A program made the translations under genes and the position numbers. Below are positions 45,253 to 57,880 of a stretch of 64,000 nucleotides of DNA, one piece after another; the first letter of the stretch is position 1; each line of letters opens with the position of its first letter. Under the pieces are notes generated by a model. That model did not search any database and had not been told where the DNA came from. It saw only the letters and a list, made by a program, of their open reading frames with translations. Source of the stretch: an uncultured Planctomycetota bacterium (GTDB taxonomy: Bacteria; Planctomycetota; Planctomycetia; Isosphaerales; Isosphaeraceae); assembly GCA_963823665.1 (NCBI GenBank), contig CAWGMQ010000010.1, positions 1,760,001 to 1,824,000 of the forward strand, given 5' to 3'.

Positions 45253-48200
45253 ATGAGTAGCCATCGCAAACCTGGTCAGCGCTTTCGAAGTCGCCACCCG
45301 CCCGGTTCACCATCGCCGCCTCCGCGCCGCCCGGTCCTGGAGCTCCTCGAAGGCCGCGCCCTTCTGGCCACGTTCACCGTCAACAGCTTGGGGGATGCGG
45401 GGAGCGGTTCGGGCGACGCGGGTGACCTGGGGTACTGCATCAACCAGGCCAACGCCGATGACCAGGCGAACACGATCGTCTTCGATCCGACCGTCTTCGG
45501 CACGCCCCAGACGATTACGCTCTCTGGCGTCCCACTCGAGCTGAGCGACACCGGGGGCACCCAGACGATCACCGGGCCGGCCGCGGGGGTGACCGTCAGC
45601 GGCGGCGGAATCAGCCGCGTCTTTCAACTCGACAAAGGTGTGACCGCCTCGGTCTCCGGCCTGACCATCTCCGGCGGCTCGAGCTCGTACGGCAACGGCG
45701 GCGGTCTGCTGAACGACGGCACGGTGACGCTGACCGACTGCACCTTGAGCGGCAACACCGCAAGGTACGGCGGCGGCTTGTTCAATTCCGGCACGGCCGA
45801 CCTCACCGGCTGCACTCTCAGCGGCAACACCGCCTATTACAGTGCGTTTCGCACTATCGGCTATGTGAGCGCGTACGTCAACGTGGGCACCGGCGGGGGC
45901 GTGTTTAACGCCTCCTCGGCCATCCTGAGCTTGACCGACTGCACCGTCAGCGGCAGCTCCGCTGCCGGCGGCGGCGGCCTCGCCAATTTCGGCACGGCCA
46001 ACGTGAGTGACTGCACCTTCAGCGGCAACACCACCAGCGCCCTGGCCAATTTCAGCACGGCCAACCTGACCATGATTGACTCCACTATCAGCGGAAATTT
46101 TGGGAACTCTGGCGGCGGCGGCATGTTTAATTCAGGCACAGCCACCCTCACCGACTGCACCTTCAGCGGCAACGGCCCCGACGGCGTGAACAATGCCGGA
46201 ATGGCCGACCTGACCGGCTGCACCTCGAGCAGCAATTCCCTCGGTATGGACAATTCCGGAACGGCCGACTTGATCGACTGCACCTTGAGCAGCAACGAGA
46301 CCGCCTTGCTGAACGACGGCACGGCCAACCTGATCGACTCCACCGTGAGCGGTAATAACTGCGGAGGCGGAGAAGCCGGAGGCGTGGCCAATTACGACCT
46401 GGCCATCCTGACCGGCTGCACCGTGAGCGGCAACTCCTCCGGCAATGTTGCCGCCGGTGGCCTGCAAAACCTCTTCGCGGGGACGGTGATCCTGACCGAT
46501 ACCATTGTCGCCGGCAATACCGATTACTCCGGTCAGTACGTCCCCGGCGACATCTCCGGTAACGTTTCGGGCACCTACAACCTGATCGGCACCGGCGGCT
46601 CGGGGGGCCTGGTCAATGGGGTCGACGGCAACATCGTCTTGACCAGCCTCACCAACTTGGGCTTAGCCCCTCTGGGCAACTTTGGCGGGCCGACTCAAAC
46701 CATGGCCTTGCTCTCCGGCAGCCCGGCCATCGCCGCGGGTGTGATCGCCGACTATCCGGGCACAACCACCCCGATCACAACCGACCAGCGCGGCGAGCCG
46801 CTCGACACACCCAACCCCGACATCGGCGCCTTCCAGGTCCAGGGGTCCGGCCTCATCGCGCTGACCTTCTCGGGACTCAGCAACCCGAGCATCAACTCCG
46901 ACATCCCCAGCGTGTCCATCTCCGGTACGTTGGCCAACGGCTCGCAGGCCCCGGTCGGCGAAAGCGTCACCGTGACATTGGACGGCGTCCAGCAGTCGGC
47001 CACAATCGGCTCCGGAGGCGCGTTCTCCACGAGCTTCGACACGACCGGCCTCTTGGTCGCCAATTCGCCCTACACGGTCGACTTCGCGTATTTCGGCGAC
47101 GGGACGTTCGCCCCCGCCAGCACCACTAGCACGCTGACGGTCGAGCCAACGCACACCATCTTAACGGTAAACAGCCTGGGAGATGCGGGGATCGGTTCCG
47201 GCGACGCGGGCGACCTGCGTTACTGCGTCAACCAGGCCAACGCCGATGACGGGGTAGACACGATCGTCTTCGATCCGACCGTCTTCAGCACGGCCCAGAC
47301 GATCACGCTCTCCGGCGGCCAGCTCGAGCTGAGCGACACCGGCGGAATGCAGACGATCACTGCCCCGGCCGCGGGGTTGACCTTGGGCGGCGGCGGGAGC
47401 AGCCGCGTCTTCGAGATCGACTCTGGTGTGACTGCCTCGCTCTCCGGCGTGACCATCTCCGGCGGATCGATCTCGTCGGGCAATGGCGGCGGTCTGGCGA
47501 ACTACGGCACGGCGACGCTCACCGGCTGCACGATCCAGGGCAACTCGGCCCAGGACTCCTACGGCGCCGGCGGCGGCGGCGTGTTCAGTGGCGAGGGGGC
47601 CGACCTGACCCTGACCGACTGCACCGTCAGCGGCAACTCCGCCGACGACGGTGGCGGCGGTCTGGAAAACAAGGGCACGGCCACCCTGACCGACTGCACC
47701 GTCAGCGGCAACACCGGCTCCTACGGCGGCGGCGTGTTCGAAAACTACAAGGCCCAACTGAGCCTGACCGGCTGCACGGTAAGCGGCAACTCCGCCGCCA
47801 CCTACGGCGGCGGCCTGGACGCCAACAGCTACCCCTCCAGCTACATCACAGTCGTGACCGACACGATCGTCGCCGGCAACACCAATCCCTCCGGCGCCAG
47901 CGACATCGGCGGTAACGCTTCGGGCACCTACAACCTGATCGGCACCGGCGGCTCGGGGGGCCTGGCCAATGGGGTCGACGGCAACATCGTCGGCGTGGCC
48001 AATCCCCTCCTGGCGCCGCTGGACAACTACGGCGGGCCGACCCAGACCATCGCCCTGCTCGCCGGCAGCCCCGCCTTGGGCGCCGGTGTGATCGTCGACT
48101 ACCCGGGCACCACCACCCCGATCACCACCGATCAGCGCGGCCTCCCGCTCGACTCCCCCAATCCCGACATCGGCGCCTTCCAGAACCAGGGGTCCCCACT

Positions 48201-51200
48201 CCTCGGGCTGACCTTCTCGGTGAGCAATCAGAGCATCACCTACGGCACGCCAAGCGTGACCATTTCCGGGACGCTGGCCGACGGCGCGCAGGCCCCGGTG
48301 GGCGAGACCGTCGCCGTGACGCTCGACGGCGTCGAGCAGTCGGCCACCATCGGCCCTGGCGGCGCCTTCTCCACCACCCTCGACACCGCCGGCCTCACCG
48401 TGCTCGATTCGCCCTACACGGTCGACTACGCCTATGCGTATACCAGCGGCACGAGCTTCGCCTCCGCCAGTGCCACGAGCAAGCTGACGGTCAACCCGAC
48501 GCTCATCACTTTGACGGTCGACAGCCTTGGGGATGCGGGGATCGGTTCCGGCGACGCGGGCGACCTGCGGTACTGCATCGACCAGGTCAACGCCGACGAC
48601 CAGTCGAACACGATCGTCTTCGATCCGACCGTCTTCGGCACTGCCCAGACGATCACGCTCTCCGGCGGCACGCTCGAGCTGGAAAACATCTGGGGGACGC
48701 AGACGATCACCGGGCCGGCCGCGGGGTTGACCTTGAGCGGCGGCGGGAGCAGCCGCGTCTTCCAGGTCGACTCGGGTGTGACCGCCTCGATCACCGGCGT
48801 GACGATCACCGGCGGATCGATCTCGTCGGGCAATGGCGGCGGTCTGGCGAACTACGGCGCGGCGACGCTCACCGGCTGCACGATCCAGGGCAACTCGGCC
48901 CAGGACTCCTACGGCGGCGGCGTGTTCAATGCCGCGGGGGCCAACCTGACCCTGACCGACTGCACCGTCAGCGGCAACTCCGCCGACGTCTACGGCGGCG
49001 GCGGTCTGGGAAACAAGGGCACCGCCACCTTGACCGACTGCACCTTGAGCGGCAACACCGGCTCCTACGGCGGCGGCGTGCTCAATGCCTACACGGGCAA
49101 GCTGACCCTGACCGACTGCACCGTCAGCGGCAACTCCGCCACCTACGGCGGCGGCGTGTTCGAATACTTAAAGGCCCAACTGAGCCTGACCGGCTGCACG
49201 GTCAGCGGCAACTCCGCCCAGGGCGGCGGCGGCGGCCTGTACGCGGCCAGCTACTCCTCCAGCTACAACACAGTCCTGACCGACACGATCGTCGCCGGCA
49301 ACACCGATCCCTCCGGCGCCAGCGACATCGCCGGTCGGGGAAACGTCTCGGGCAACAACAACCTGATCGGCACCGGCGGCTCGGGGCGGCTGGTCAATGG
49401 CGCGAGCGGCAACATCGTCCTGACCAGCCTCACCGGCTTGGACCTGGCCCCGCTGGGCAACAACGGCGGCCCGACCCAGACCATGGCCCTGCTCCCCGGC
49501 AGCCCGGCGATCGGCGCAGGTGTCGTCGCCGACTACCCGGGCACCACCACTCCGATCACCACCGACCAGCGCGGTGAGCCGCTCGACTCCTCCAATCCCG
49601 ACATCGGCGCCTTCCAGACCCAGCCTCCCACACTCACCTCACTGACCTTCTCGGGAATCAGCAGCCAGAGCATCACATACGGCAGCACGAGCGTAACCGT
49701 TTCCGGTACGCTTGCCAACGGTTCGCAAGCCCCGGTGGGCGAGACCGTCGCCGTGACGCTCGACCACGTCCAGCAGTCGGCCAGGATCGGCTCCGGCGGC
49801 GCCTTCTCCACCACCTTCAATGCCGACGGCCTCACCGTCGCCGGCTCGCCCGACACGGTCAAGTATGCCTACTCGAGCGACGGGACCTTCGCCTCCGCCA
49901 GCACCACCAGCACGCTGACGGTGAACCCGGCGACGCTCACCATCACGGCAGAACCCGAGACCAAGGTCTACGGCGCCGACGACCCGGCGATGGCCTATAC
50001 CGTCAGCGGTTTCCAGTTCCACGACACCGCCGGATCGGTCCTGACCGGGTCCCTGGCCCGGACGGAGTCGGGCACCCTGTCCGGCGAACAGGCCGGCGGC
50101 TACGCGATCAGCCAGGGGGCGCTCGCGGCCAGCAGTAATTACATCATCAGTTTCACGGGCAATACGCTGACCATCACCCCGGCGCCCTTGACAGTCACCG
50201 CCCATGCCCAGACCAAGGTCTACGGCACCGACGACCCCGCCTTGACCGACACGGCCACCGGACTTGTCGATACCACAGCCGACGGGGTGACGATCGACGA
50301 CACGGCCGCGACGGCGCTGGCGGGCGATCTGGCGCGGACACCGGGCGAGCCGGTATCCGGCGGCCCCTATGCGATCACCCAGGGGACGCTCGCGGCGAGC
50401 AACTACACGATCACCTTTACCGGCAGCACGCTCGCCATCACCCCGGCGCCCTTGACCGTCACCGCCAATCCCCAGACCAAGGTCTACGGCACGGCCGATC
50501 CCACCCTGACCGACACCGCAACCGGATTTGTCGACACCACGGTCGACGGCGTGACGATCGACGACACCGCCGCCACGGCGCTGACGGGCCATCTGGCGCG
50601 CACATCCGGCGAGACGGTATCCGGCGGCCCCTATGCGATCACCCAGGGAACGCTCGCGGCGAGCAACTACAAGATCACCTTCACCGGCAGCACGCTCACG
50701 ATTACCCCGGCGCCCTTGACCGTCACCGCCAATCCCCAGACCAAGGTCTACGGCACGGCCGATCCCACCCTGACCGATACCGCAACCGGATTTGTCGACA
50801 CCACGGTCGACGGGGTGACGATTGACGACACAGCCGCGACTGCCCTCACGGGCGAGCTTGCGCGGACACCGGGCGAGACGGTATCCGGCGGCCCCTATGC
50901 GATCACCCAGGGCACGCTCGCGGCGAGCAACTACACGATCACCTTCACCGGCAGCACGCTCACCATCACCCCGGCAACGCTAACCATCACGGCCAATCCG
51001 CAGACCAAAGTCTACGGCACGGACGATCCCGCCTTGACCGATACCGCAACCGGCTTCGTCCACACCACGGTCGACGGCGCGGCGATCGACGACACCGCCG
51101 CGACGGTGCTGACGGGCCAGCTTGCGCGGACACCCGGCGAGACGGTTTCCGGCGGCCCCTACGAGATCACCCAGGGGACGCTCGCGGCCAGCAGTAACTA

Positions 51201-52723
51201 CACCATCAGCTTCACCGGCAATACCCTGACCATCACGCCGGCGCCCTTGACCATCACGGCCAGTCCGCAGACCAAAGTCTACGGCACGGACGATCCCGCC
51301 TTGACCGATACCGCAACCGGCTTCGTCCACACCACGGTCGACGGCGCGGCGATCGACGACACCGCCGCGACGGTGCTGACGGGCCAGCTCGCGCGGACAT
51401 CCGGCGAGACGGTATCCGGCGACCCCTATGCGATCACCCAGGGCACCCTCGCGGCCGACAGCAATTACACACTGAGCTTCACCGGCAGCACGCTCGCGAT
51501 CACCCCGGCGACCTTGAACGTCACCGCCAATCCCCAGACGAAGGTCTACGGTACCGCCGACCCCAGATTGACCGATGGAGTGACCGGTCTCGTCGATACA
51601 ACGGTGGACGGCGTGATGATCGACGACACGGCCGCGACTGTCCTGACCGGCGCGCTTGCCCGGGCGGAGGCCGGCACCGTGGCCGGCGAACAGGCCGGCG
51701 GCTACGCGATCACTCAGGGCACGCTCGCGGCGAACAGCAACTACACAATCCAGTTCAATGCGAGCAACCTGACGATTAGCCCAGCAACGCCGACCGTGAG
51801 CGTGCTCGCTCCGGGCGGGGTTTATACCGGCTCGCGGATCGCAGCCCAGGCGACGGTGGCCGGCACAAGCGGCACATCGGCCGCCAGCCTCGAGGGCGTC
51901 TCCCCGGCTTTGACCTATTACGTCGGTTCGGGCACTTCAGGCACAAGCCTCGGCTCGACACCGCCGATCCAGCCGGGGACTTACACGGTGGTGGCCAGCT
52001 TCCCCGACAGCGCCGATTACGTTGCGAGCCAGTCATTGCCGGTGACATTCACCATCGGCAAGGCCGCCCCGACGATCGCGCTGGTTCCCTCCGTCGAATC
52101 ATCGGTCTTCGGCCAGTCGGTGACGCTGACCGCCTCGATCGCCTTTGACGCCGCCGTGCCGGGCGGCTCGGTCACGTTCTACGATGGCTCGACGGCGCTG
52201 GGCACCGCGGCGGTCAACGCCTCGGGCAAGGCCATGCTGGCCACGGCGGCGCTCGGGGTCGGCATACATTCGCTCACCGCTTCGTACGCGGGCGACTCCG
52301 ACTTCGCGTCCAGTGTGTCGAAGGCCTCTGAAGAGTCGGTCTCCGCAAGCCGCCACCCAGGTCGTCCTGGTCCCGCAGCCGGTGTTCAGGCACAAGCGCA
52401 ACCTGGTCTCGCTTGGCCTGAAAGCCCAGGTCCAGCCGACAGCCCCGGCGAGTGGAGTGCCCACCGGCAGCGTGACCTTCGAGATCCAGAAAAAGGTAGG
52501 AAAGAAGTTGACCGAAAAGGTGCTGGGAACCGTCGCACTCAGCGGCGGGTCGGCGACCCTCTCAGTCAAGCCTGGCGTCGTGCTCGACAAGCCGATCACG
52601 GTCCTTTACAGCGGCGCCTCCGACTTCACAGCGAGCACCACTGCGCCCTCTTTGCTGACGATGAAGGCACTCGATCGAATGGCCCAACAGTCCGCGACTC
52701 CCCGATCCAGCCGCCACCACTGA
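45253..52723 (+). CDS. Giant secreted protein 3: 3 beta-helix/choice-of-anchor-Q modules, 7 MBG-like repeats, extra Ig-like domain (frameshift near 52345)
   Basis: [15 protein letters not shown]; same repeat motifs as genes 1 and 2; [18 protein letters not shown] Ig-like domain; C-terminus in ORF 52145..52723. Confidence 0.88.
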
Positions 52724-52997
52724 CGCGGCGGCACCGCTCGGTCCAGGTGCCACGCCACCGAGCCCGCCCGCAGTTGCCAGTCGTTCGCCAAAGACGCCGA
52801 ACACGCCAAGAACGCCTTGCGGCGACCCAAGGCGCCCAAGGGCTGTCCCCTCGCTCCCTTGTCGAGACTTTCGATATGGTTGCGACGCAGTTATGCTGAT
52901 CGTAGCAGCATCCTTGTCGGCCAGCGGCCGAGCCCGCAACAGCGAGTCGCGGCCTATCACGAGCCGCGGGCAGCGTCCCATTATGGTTGGTCTTCCA

Positions 52998-53569
52998 ATG
53001 AACGATGTCACGAAGATCCTCTCGGCTATCGAGCGGGGCGACCCGAAGGCGGGCGACCAGCTCCTGCCGCTGGTCTACGATGAGCTGCGCCGGCTGGCTG
53101 CCCGACGGCTCGCCCACGAGAGGCCAGGCCAGACGTTGCAGCCAACCGCCCTGGTGCATGAGGCCTATCTCCGGCTCGTCGGGTCCGGCGAGCCGCTGCG
53201 CTGGGAGGGGCGCGGCCATTTCTTCGCCGCGGCTGCCGAGGCTATGCGGCGTATCCTCGTCGAGGCGGCGCGGCGCAGCGCACCCTCAAACGCGGCGGCG
53301 ACCGTCAGCGTGAGCCTGTCGACCTCGACGCCCTGCACGCCGGTGGCCCCGCGCAGGACGTTTTGGCCCTGCACGAGGCCCTGGAGCAGCTCGCCGCACA
53401 CGACCCCCTCAAGGCCAGGCTGGTGGAGATGCGGGTCTTCGGCGGCCTGACTCTGAACGAGGCGGCCGACTGCCTGGGCATCCCGGAGCGATCCGCCGAC
53501 CGCGCCTGGCGGTACGCCCGGGCCTGGTTGTACGCCTCCATGGCCGGGGAAGATTCCGGGAAAAAATGA
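52998..53569 (+). CDS. ECF sigma factor, TIGR02999/ECF43-like (frameshift near 53275)
   Basis: [41 protein letters not shown]. Confidence 0.88.
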
Positions 53570-53577
53570 TAGGCACG

Positions 53578-53605
53578 TGACGCTTTTCGGGCTTCGACGA
53601 CGCAT
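53578..53605 (+). promoter_or_regulatory. Putative ECF promoter TGACGC-N17-CGCAT
   Basis: Directly follows a divergent sigma gene; spacer sequence unrelated but length identical. Confidence 0.75.
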
Positions 53606-53764
53606 AGAGGGCTGGTGACACACCCCCGCCCCGCGCCCGGGGGGTATCTCCGGCGCGGAGTTCCGCCCGACGCAGGGCCTGTGACCCGGTTTCGGGTCCA
53701 TCGTGCCGGCGGCAGCGGGGCCGGTGAACGCTTCCTGGGCCACGTTAGCTGGAGGAATGCTGCA

Positions 53765-56700
53765 ATGGGAGAAGAGTCGATCTTCGCCGCCGCGTTGACC
53801 AAGGCCCCCGGGGCCGAGCGGCGCGCTTTCCTTGACGAGGCCTGCGCCGGCGACGATGAGCTCCGCCGCCGCGTCGAGCGTCTCCTCGAGGTCGACCGGC
53901 TGTCCGGTGGCATCCTTGACATCGTTTCCGCGGCCACTCTCGATGAGAATCCCCGGCCGGATCGCACATCGCCGCCGGACCCGACCGCCACGGCCGTACA
54001 CTGCCCGATCGCCCAGCCCGGCCTCGTCATCGCCGGGCGGTACACGCTCCAGGAAAAGATCGGCGAAGGCGGCATGGGTGAGGTCTGGGTCGCCAAGCAA
54101 TCCGAGCCGGTCCGGCGCAAGGTCGCCCTCAAGCTCATCAAGGCCGGCATGGATTCCCGGGCGGTGCTCCAGCGCTTCGAGCAGGAGCGGCAGGCGCTGG
54201 CGCTGATGGACCACCCCAACATCGCCCGCGTCTTGGACGGTGGCCTGACTCCCACCGGTCAACCCTTCTTCGTCATGGAGCTGGTCAACGGCCTGCCCCT
54301 CACGCGGTTCTGCGACGAGGCCCGGCTCTCGCCCCATGAGCGGCTCGCGCTCTTTGTCCCGATCTGCCAGGCGGTCCAGCACGCGCACCAGAAGGGCATC
54401 GTCCACCGCGATCTGAAGCCCGCCAACATCCTGGTCACGCTCATCGACGGCAACGGTGTGCCCAAGGTCATCGACTTCGGCGTCGTCAAGGCGATTGCCG
54501 GCAAGATCACGGACGCATCGATGTCGACCCAGTTCGGCGCCATGGTCGGTACGCTGGAGTACATGGCACCGGAGCAGGCTGGCTACTCCGGCGCCGACGT
54601 CGACACCCGCGCCGATATCTATTCCCTGGGCGTGATCCTCTACGAGCTGCTCACCGGTCTGCGCCCGATCGACGCCCGGCGCCTGGAGAAAGCAGCGCTC
54701 ACCGAGATGATCCGGATCATCCGCGAGGAAGAGCCTTCGAAGCCCTCGACGCGACTCTCCACCGATGAGTCGCTCCCATCCCTGGCGGCCATGCGGCGCA
54801 CCGAGCCCCGCCGGCTGACGGCGATGCTGCGCGGCGAGCTCGACTGGGTCGTGATGAAATGCCTCGAGAAGGCTCGCGAGCGCCGGTACGAATCAGCAAG
54901 CGGCCTGGCGCGAGACATCCAGCGCTACCTGGCGGATGAGCCGGTCGAGGCGCGGCCGCCGTCGGCGGCCTATCGCCTGGCCAAGCTCCTCAAGCGACAC
55001 CGCACCGCGGGGATCGCGGCCGGTATCGTCCTGGTGGCGCTCTTGGTCGGGATCGCCGGGATGACCTTCGGCCTGGTCCGCGCCGAGATCCAGCGCGAGA
55101 AGGCCGAGCAGGCCCAGGCGGCCGAGGCCGAGCAGCGGGCGCGGGCCGAGGCGCAGCTCGCGAAGGCCGTCGCGGCCGAGCGGCAGACGGGCATCGAGCG
55201 CGACAAGGCCGTCGCGGCCGAGGCGAAGGCCCGCGCGATCAACGACTTCCTGACTCAGGACTTGCTCTATCATAACGCGCCGGAATTCAACGCGGTCGGG
55301 AGCAATGTGACCCTCCGTGAGGTCCTCGACCGCGCCGCGGCGCAGCGTCGGCCCGCGGTTCGCCGGCCAGCCCGAGATCGAGTCGGCTCTGCGCGTCACG
55401 ATCGCGCGCACCTACCTCGGATTGGGCTCGTTGGACCAGGCCGAGGCAACCTGGCGGTCGCTGCTGGATGCCGCGCGGCGGCGCGACCCGGATTCTGCCG
55501 AGACGTTCATCGCGCAAGGTGAGCTGGCGCACGCCCTGCGCGAGCGCGGTCGGCGCGACGCAGAGGTCTTGAAGATGGCCGAGGCGGCCGCCCAGGCGGT
55601 CGAGCGCAAGCTGGGACCGAACAACTTTGATGCGGAAAACATGCTCTCATACCTCGCCGTGATGTACGAGGACTTGGGCAGGTTCGATGAGGCGGTCACG
55701 CTCTTCGAGCGGGTCCGCGACACCAGGGTCGCCAGGCTAGGCCCAGACCACATCGTCACCCTGCAGCCACGCCAGAATCTCGGTCACGCGTACCTGCTTG
55801 CCGGCAAGCTCCCCGAGGCGATCGCCCTTCTCAAGCAGGTCTATGATGCTGAGGTCAAGCTGGGCCCCGACCATTCACTTACCATAACCACCGCCAATAA
55901 CCTCGCCGTGGCGCTCAGCCATGCCGGCAAGGACGCTGAAGCCGTCGCGCTGCTCGAGCCGGTGCGCGATACCGCAACCGCCATGCTGGGCCCTGACCAT
56001 CCGCTCACGCTGCACACGCTCAACAACCTCGCCACAAACTACGCTTTAGTAGGCAAGGTCCGCGACGCAATCGCGATGCTCGAGCGGGCGCGCGACGCCG
56101 AGATCGCCAAGCTGGGCCCCGACCATCCCCTCACCCTGACCACCCGCTACAACCTCGCCAGAGCGTACCAAGCCGATGGTAAGCTCCGTGAGGCGATCGA
56201 ACTACTCACCCGCGTGCTCGACGGCCGGATCGCCAAGCTCGGGCCCGACCATCCCGACACGCTGAACACGCGCCTCGCCCTCGCCGTGGCCTACTATTTC
56301 GCGAAGCAGCTCGACCGATCCGTGCCGCTCTTCGAGGACGCGCTCAAGCGAACGGAGGCCAGGTTCGGCCGTGCGCATGTGGAGACCCAGCGTGTCGTGG
56401 CCAACCTCGGGATCAATTACAAGGAAGCCGGCCGGCTCCGCGAGGCGATTCCGCTGCTCGAGGAAGCCTACCACTCGGGGCTGCTTGGCTTGGACTGGGT
56501 CGGCACGGCGCTCTTCGATGCCTATGTGAAGGATGGCCGGTCGAACGAGGCGGTGAAGCTCTTCAATCAACTCCTGCCCCTCGCCCGGTCGGAAAATCCC
56601 AAAGAAAGCCCGCGACTCGCGGACTTCCTGGCGGCGTCCTGTCTCGCGCTGATGAACGTCAAGGCTTTTGCCGAGGCTGAGCCGCTCCTCCGCGAATGCC

Positions 56701-57002
56701 TGGCCATCCGCGAAAAAAATCTGCCCGATGATTGGAGAACCTTCAACACGAAGTCGATGCTCGGGGGCGCCTTGTCGGCCCAGAAGAAACTTGCCGATGC
56801 CGAGCCGCTGCTGCTCGCCGGCTACCAGGGGATGAAGCAGCGAGAAGCAACGATCCCGCCCGAGGGGAAACCCCGGTTGCCCGAAGCGATCGAGCGACTC
56901 GTCCAGTTCTACGAGGCCACCAACAACCCCGGCGAGGCGTCCCGATGGCGCAAAGGACTCGACCCGAGCAAGCCGCCCGAGAAACCCTCCCAGAAGCCCT
57001 GA
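53765..57002 (+). CDS. Ser/Thr kinase - TM - 42-aa TPR (LGPDHP) protein (frameshift near 55343)
   Basis: Kinase motifs HRDLKPAN, DFG, YMAPEQ; repeats KLGPDHPLTL..NNLA; SD GGAGG. Confidence 0.9.
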
Positions 57003-57056
57003 GCGGCTTACCGGCGCGTGTGAGTCTCCCAGATTCGAAGAAAAACCGAACGCCCC

Positions 57057-57084
57057 TGGCGCGCCCGTCCCGTGGATCTCGCAT
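57057..57084 (+). promoter_or_regulatory. Putative ECF promoter TGGCGC-N17-CGCAT upstream of a sigma gene
   Basis: Both boxes and spacing conserved with a unique spacer sequence. Confidence 0.65.
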
Positions 57085-57225
57085 TCAGTTACGGGGGGCG
57101 GCCGCGGGCACCGAATCTCCTTGAGCTCGACCGCGCAGGCCGGGACGCCACACCTCAAGGACGGGATGGCGTGCGGCTTCTTGTCCTGATCGATCTCCGT
57201 CGCCGCATGCAGTATGATGCCCGGC

Positions 57226-57790
57226 ATGAGTGAAGTGACCGAGCTCTTGAATCAGATCCAGCATGGCGATCCGCAAGCCGCTGCGGACTTGCTGCCCTTG
57301 GTCTATGCCGAATTGCGTCGGCTCGCCGCGGCGCGGTTGGCTCGTGAAAAGCCAGGACAGACACTGGATGCGACGGCCTTGGTGCACGAAGCGTACCTGC
57401 GCCTGGTGGGGCCGGCGGACGAGGAACGCTGGCAGAATTGCGGCCATTTCTTTGCCGCTGCGGCCGAAGCGATGCGCCGAATTCTCGTCGAGCTTGCCCG
57501 GCGAAAGAGTCGAAAGAAACGCGGGGGCGAACGTGCCCGCATGAAGCTGGATGACGTCGAGCCGGCTGCTGAGGCGCCTGGCGATGACTTGCTGGCCCTC
57601 GACGAAGCCTTGACCCGGCTTGCCGGTGCCGATCCGATCGCCGCGGAGCTCGGTGAAACTGCGCTATTTTGCCGGCATGACGATTCCTCAAGCTGCCGAC
57701 GCTCTGGGCATAGGGAAGCGGTCGGCCGACCGGATCTGGCTGTATGCCCGTGCCTGGCTGCGCAATGCGCTTTCTGACAGTCAGGAATGA
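57226..57790 (+). CDS. ECF sigma factor, TIGR02999/ECF43-like, close paralog of 22808..23365 (frameshifts near 57650-57700)
   Basis: [24 protein letters not shown]; 3' end reads WLYARAWLRNALSDSQE* in an alternate frame. Confidence 0.85.
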
Positions 57791-57805
57791 ACCAGCGGAT
57801 TTTCT

Positions 57806-57833
57806 TGGCGCAATTTCTGCGCCGTCGGCGCAT
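57806..57833 (+). promoter_or_regulatory. Putative ECF promoter TGGCGC-N17-CGCAT
   Basis: Homologous to 23387..23414. Confidence 0.75.
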
Positions 57834-57880
57834 GTTGAATTGCGGTCGAAGCGGCGACCTCCAAGCGGGAGAAAACGCCA

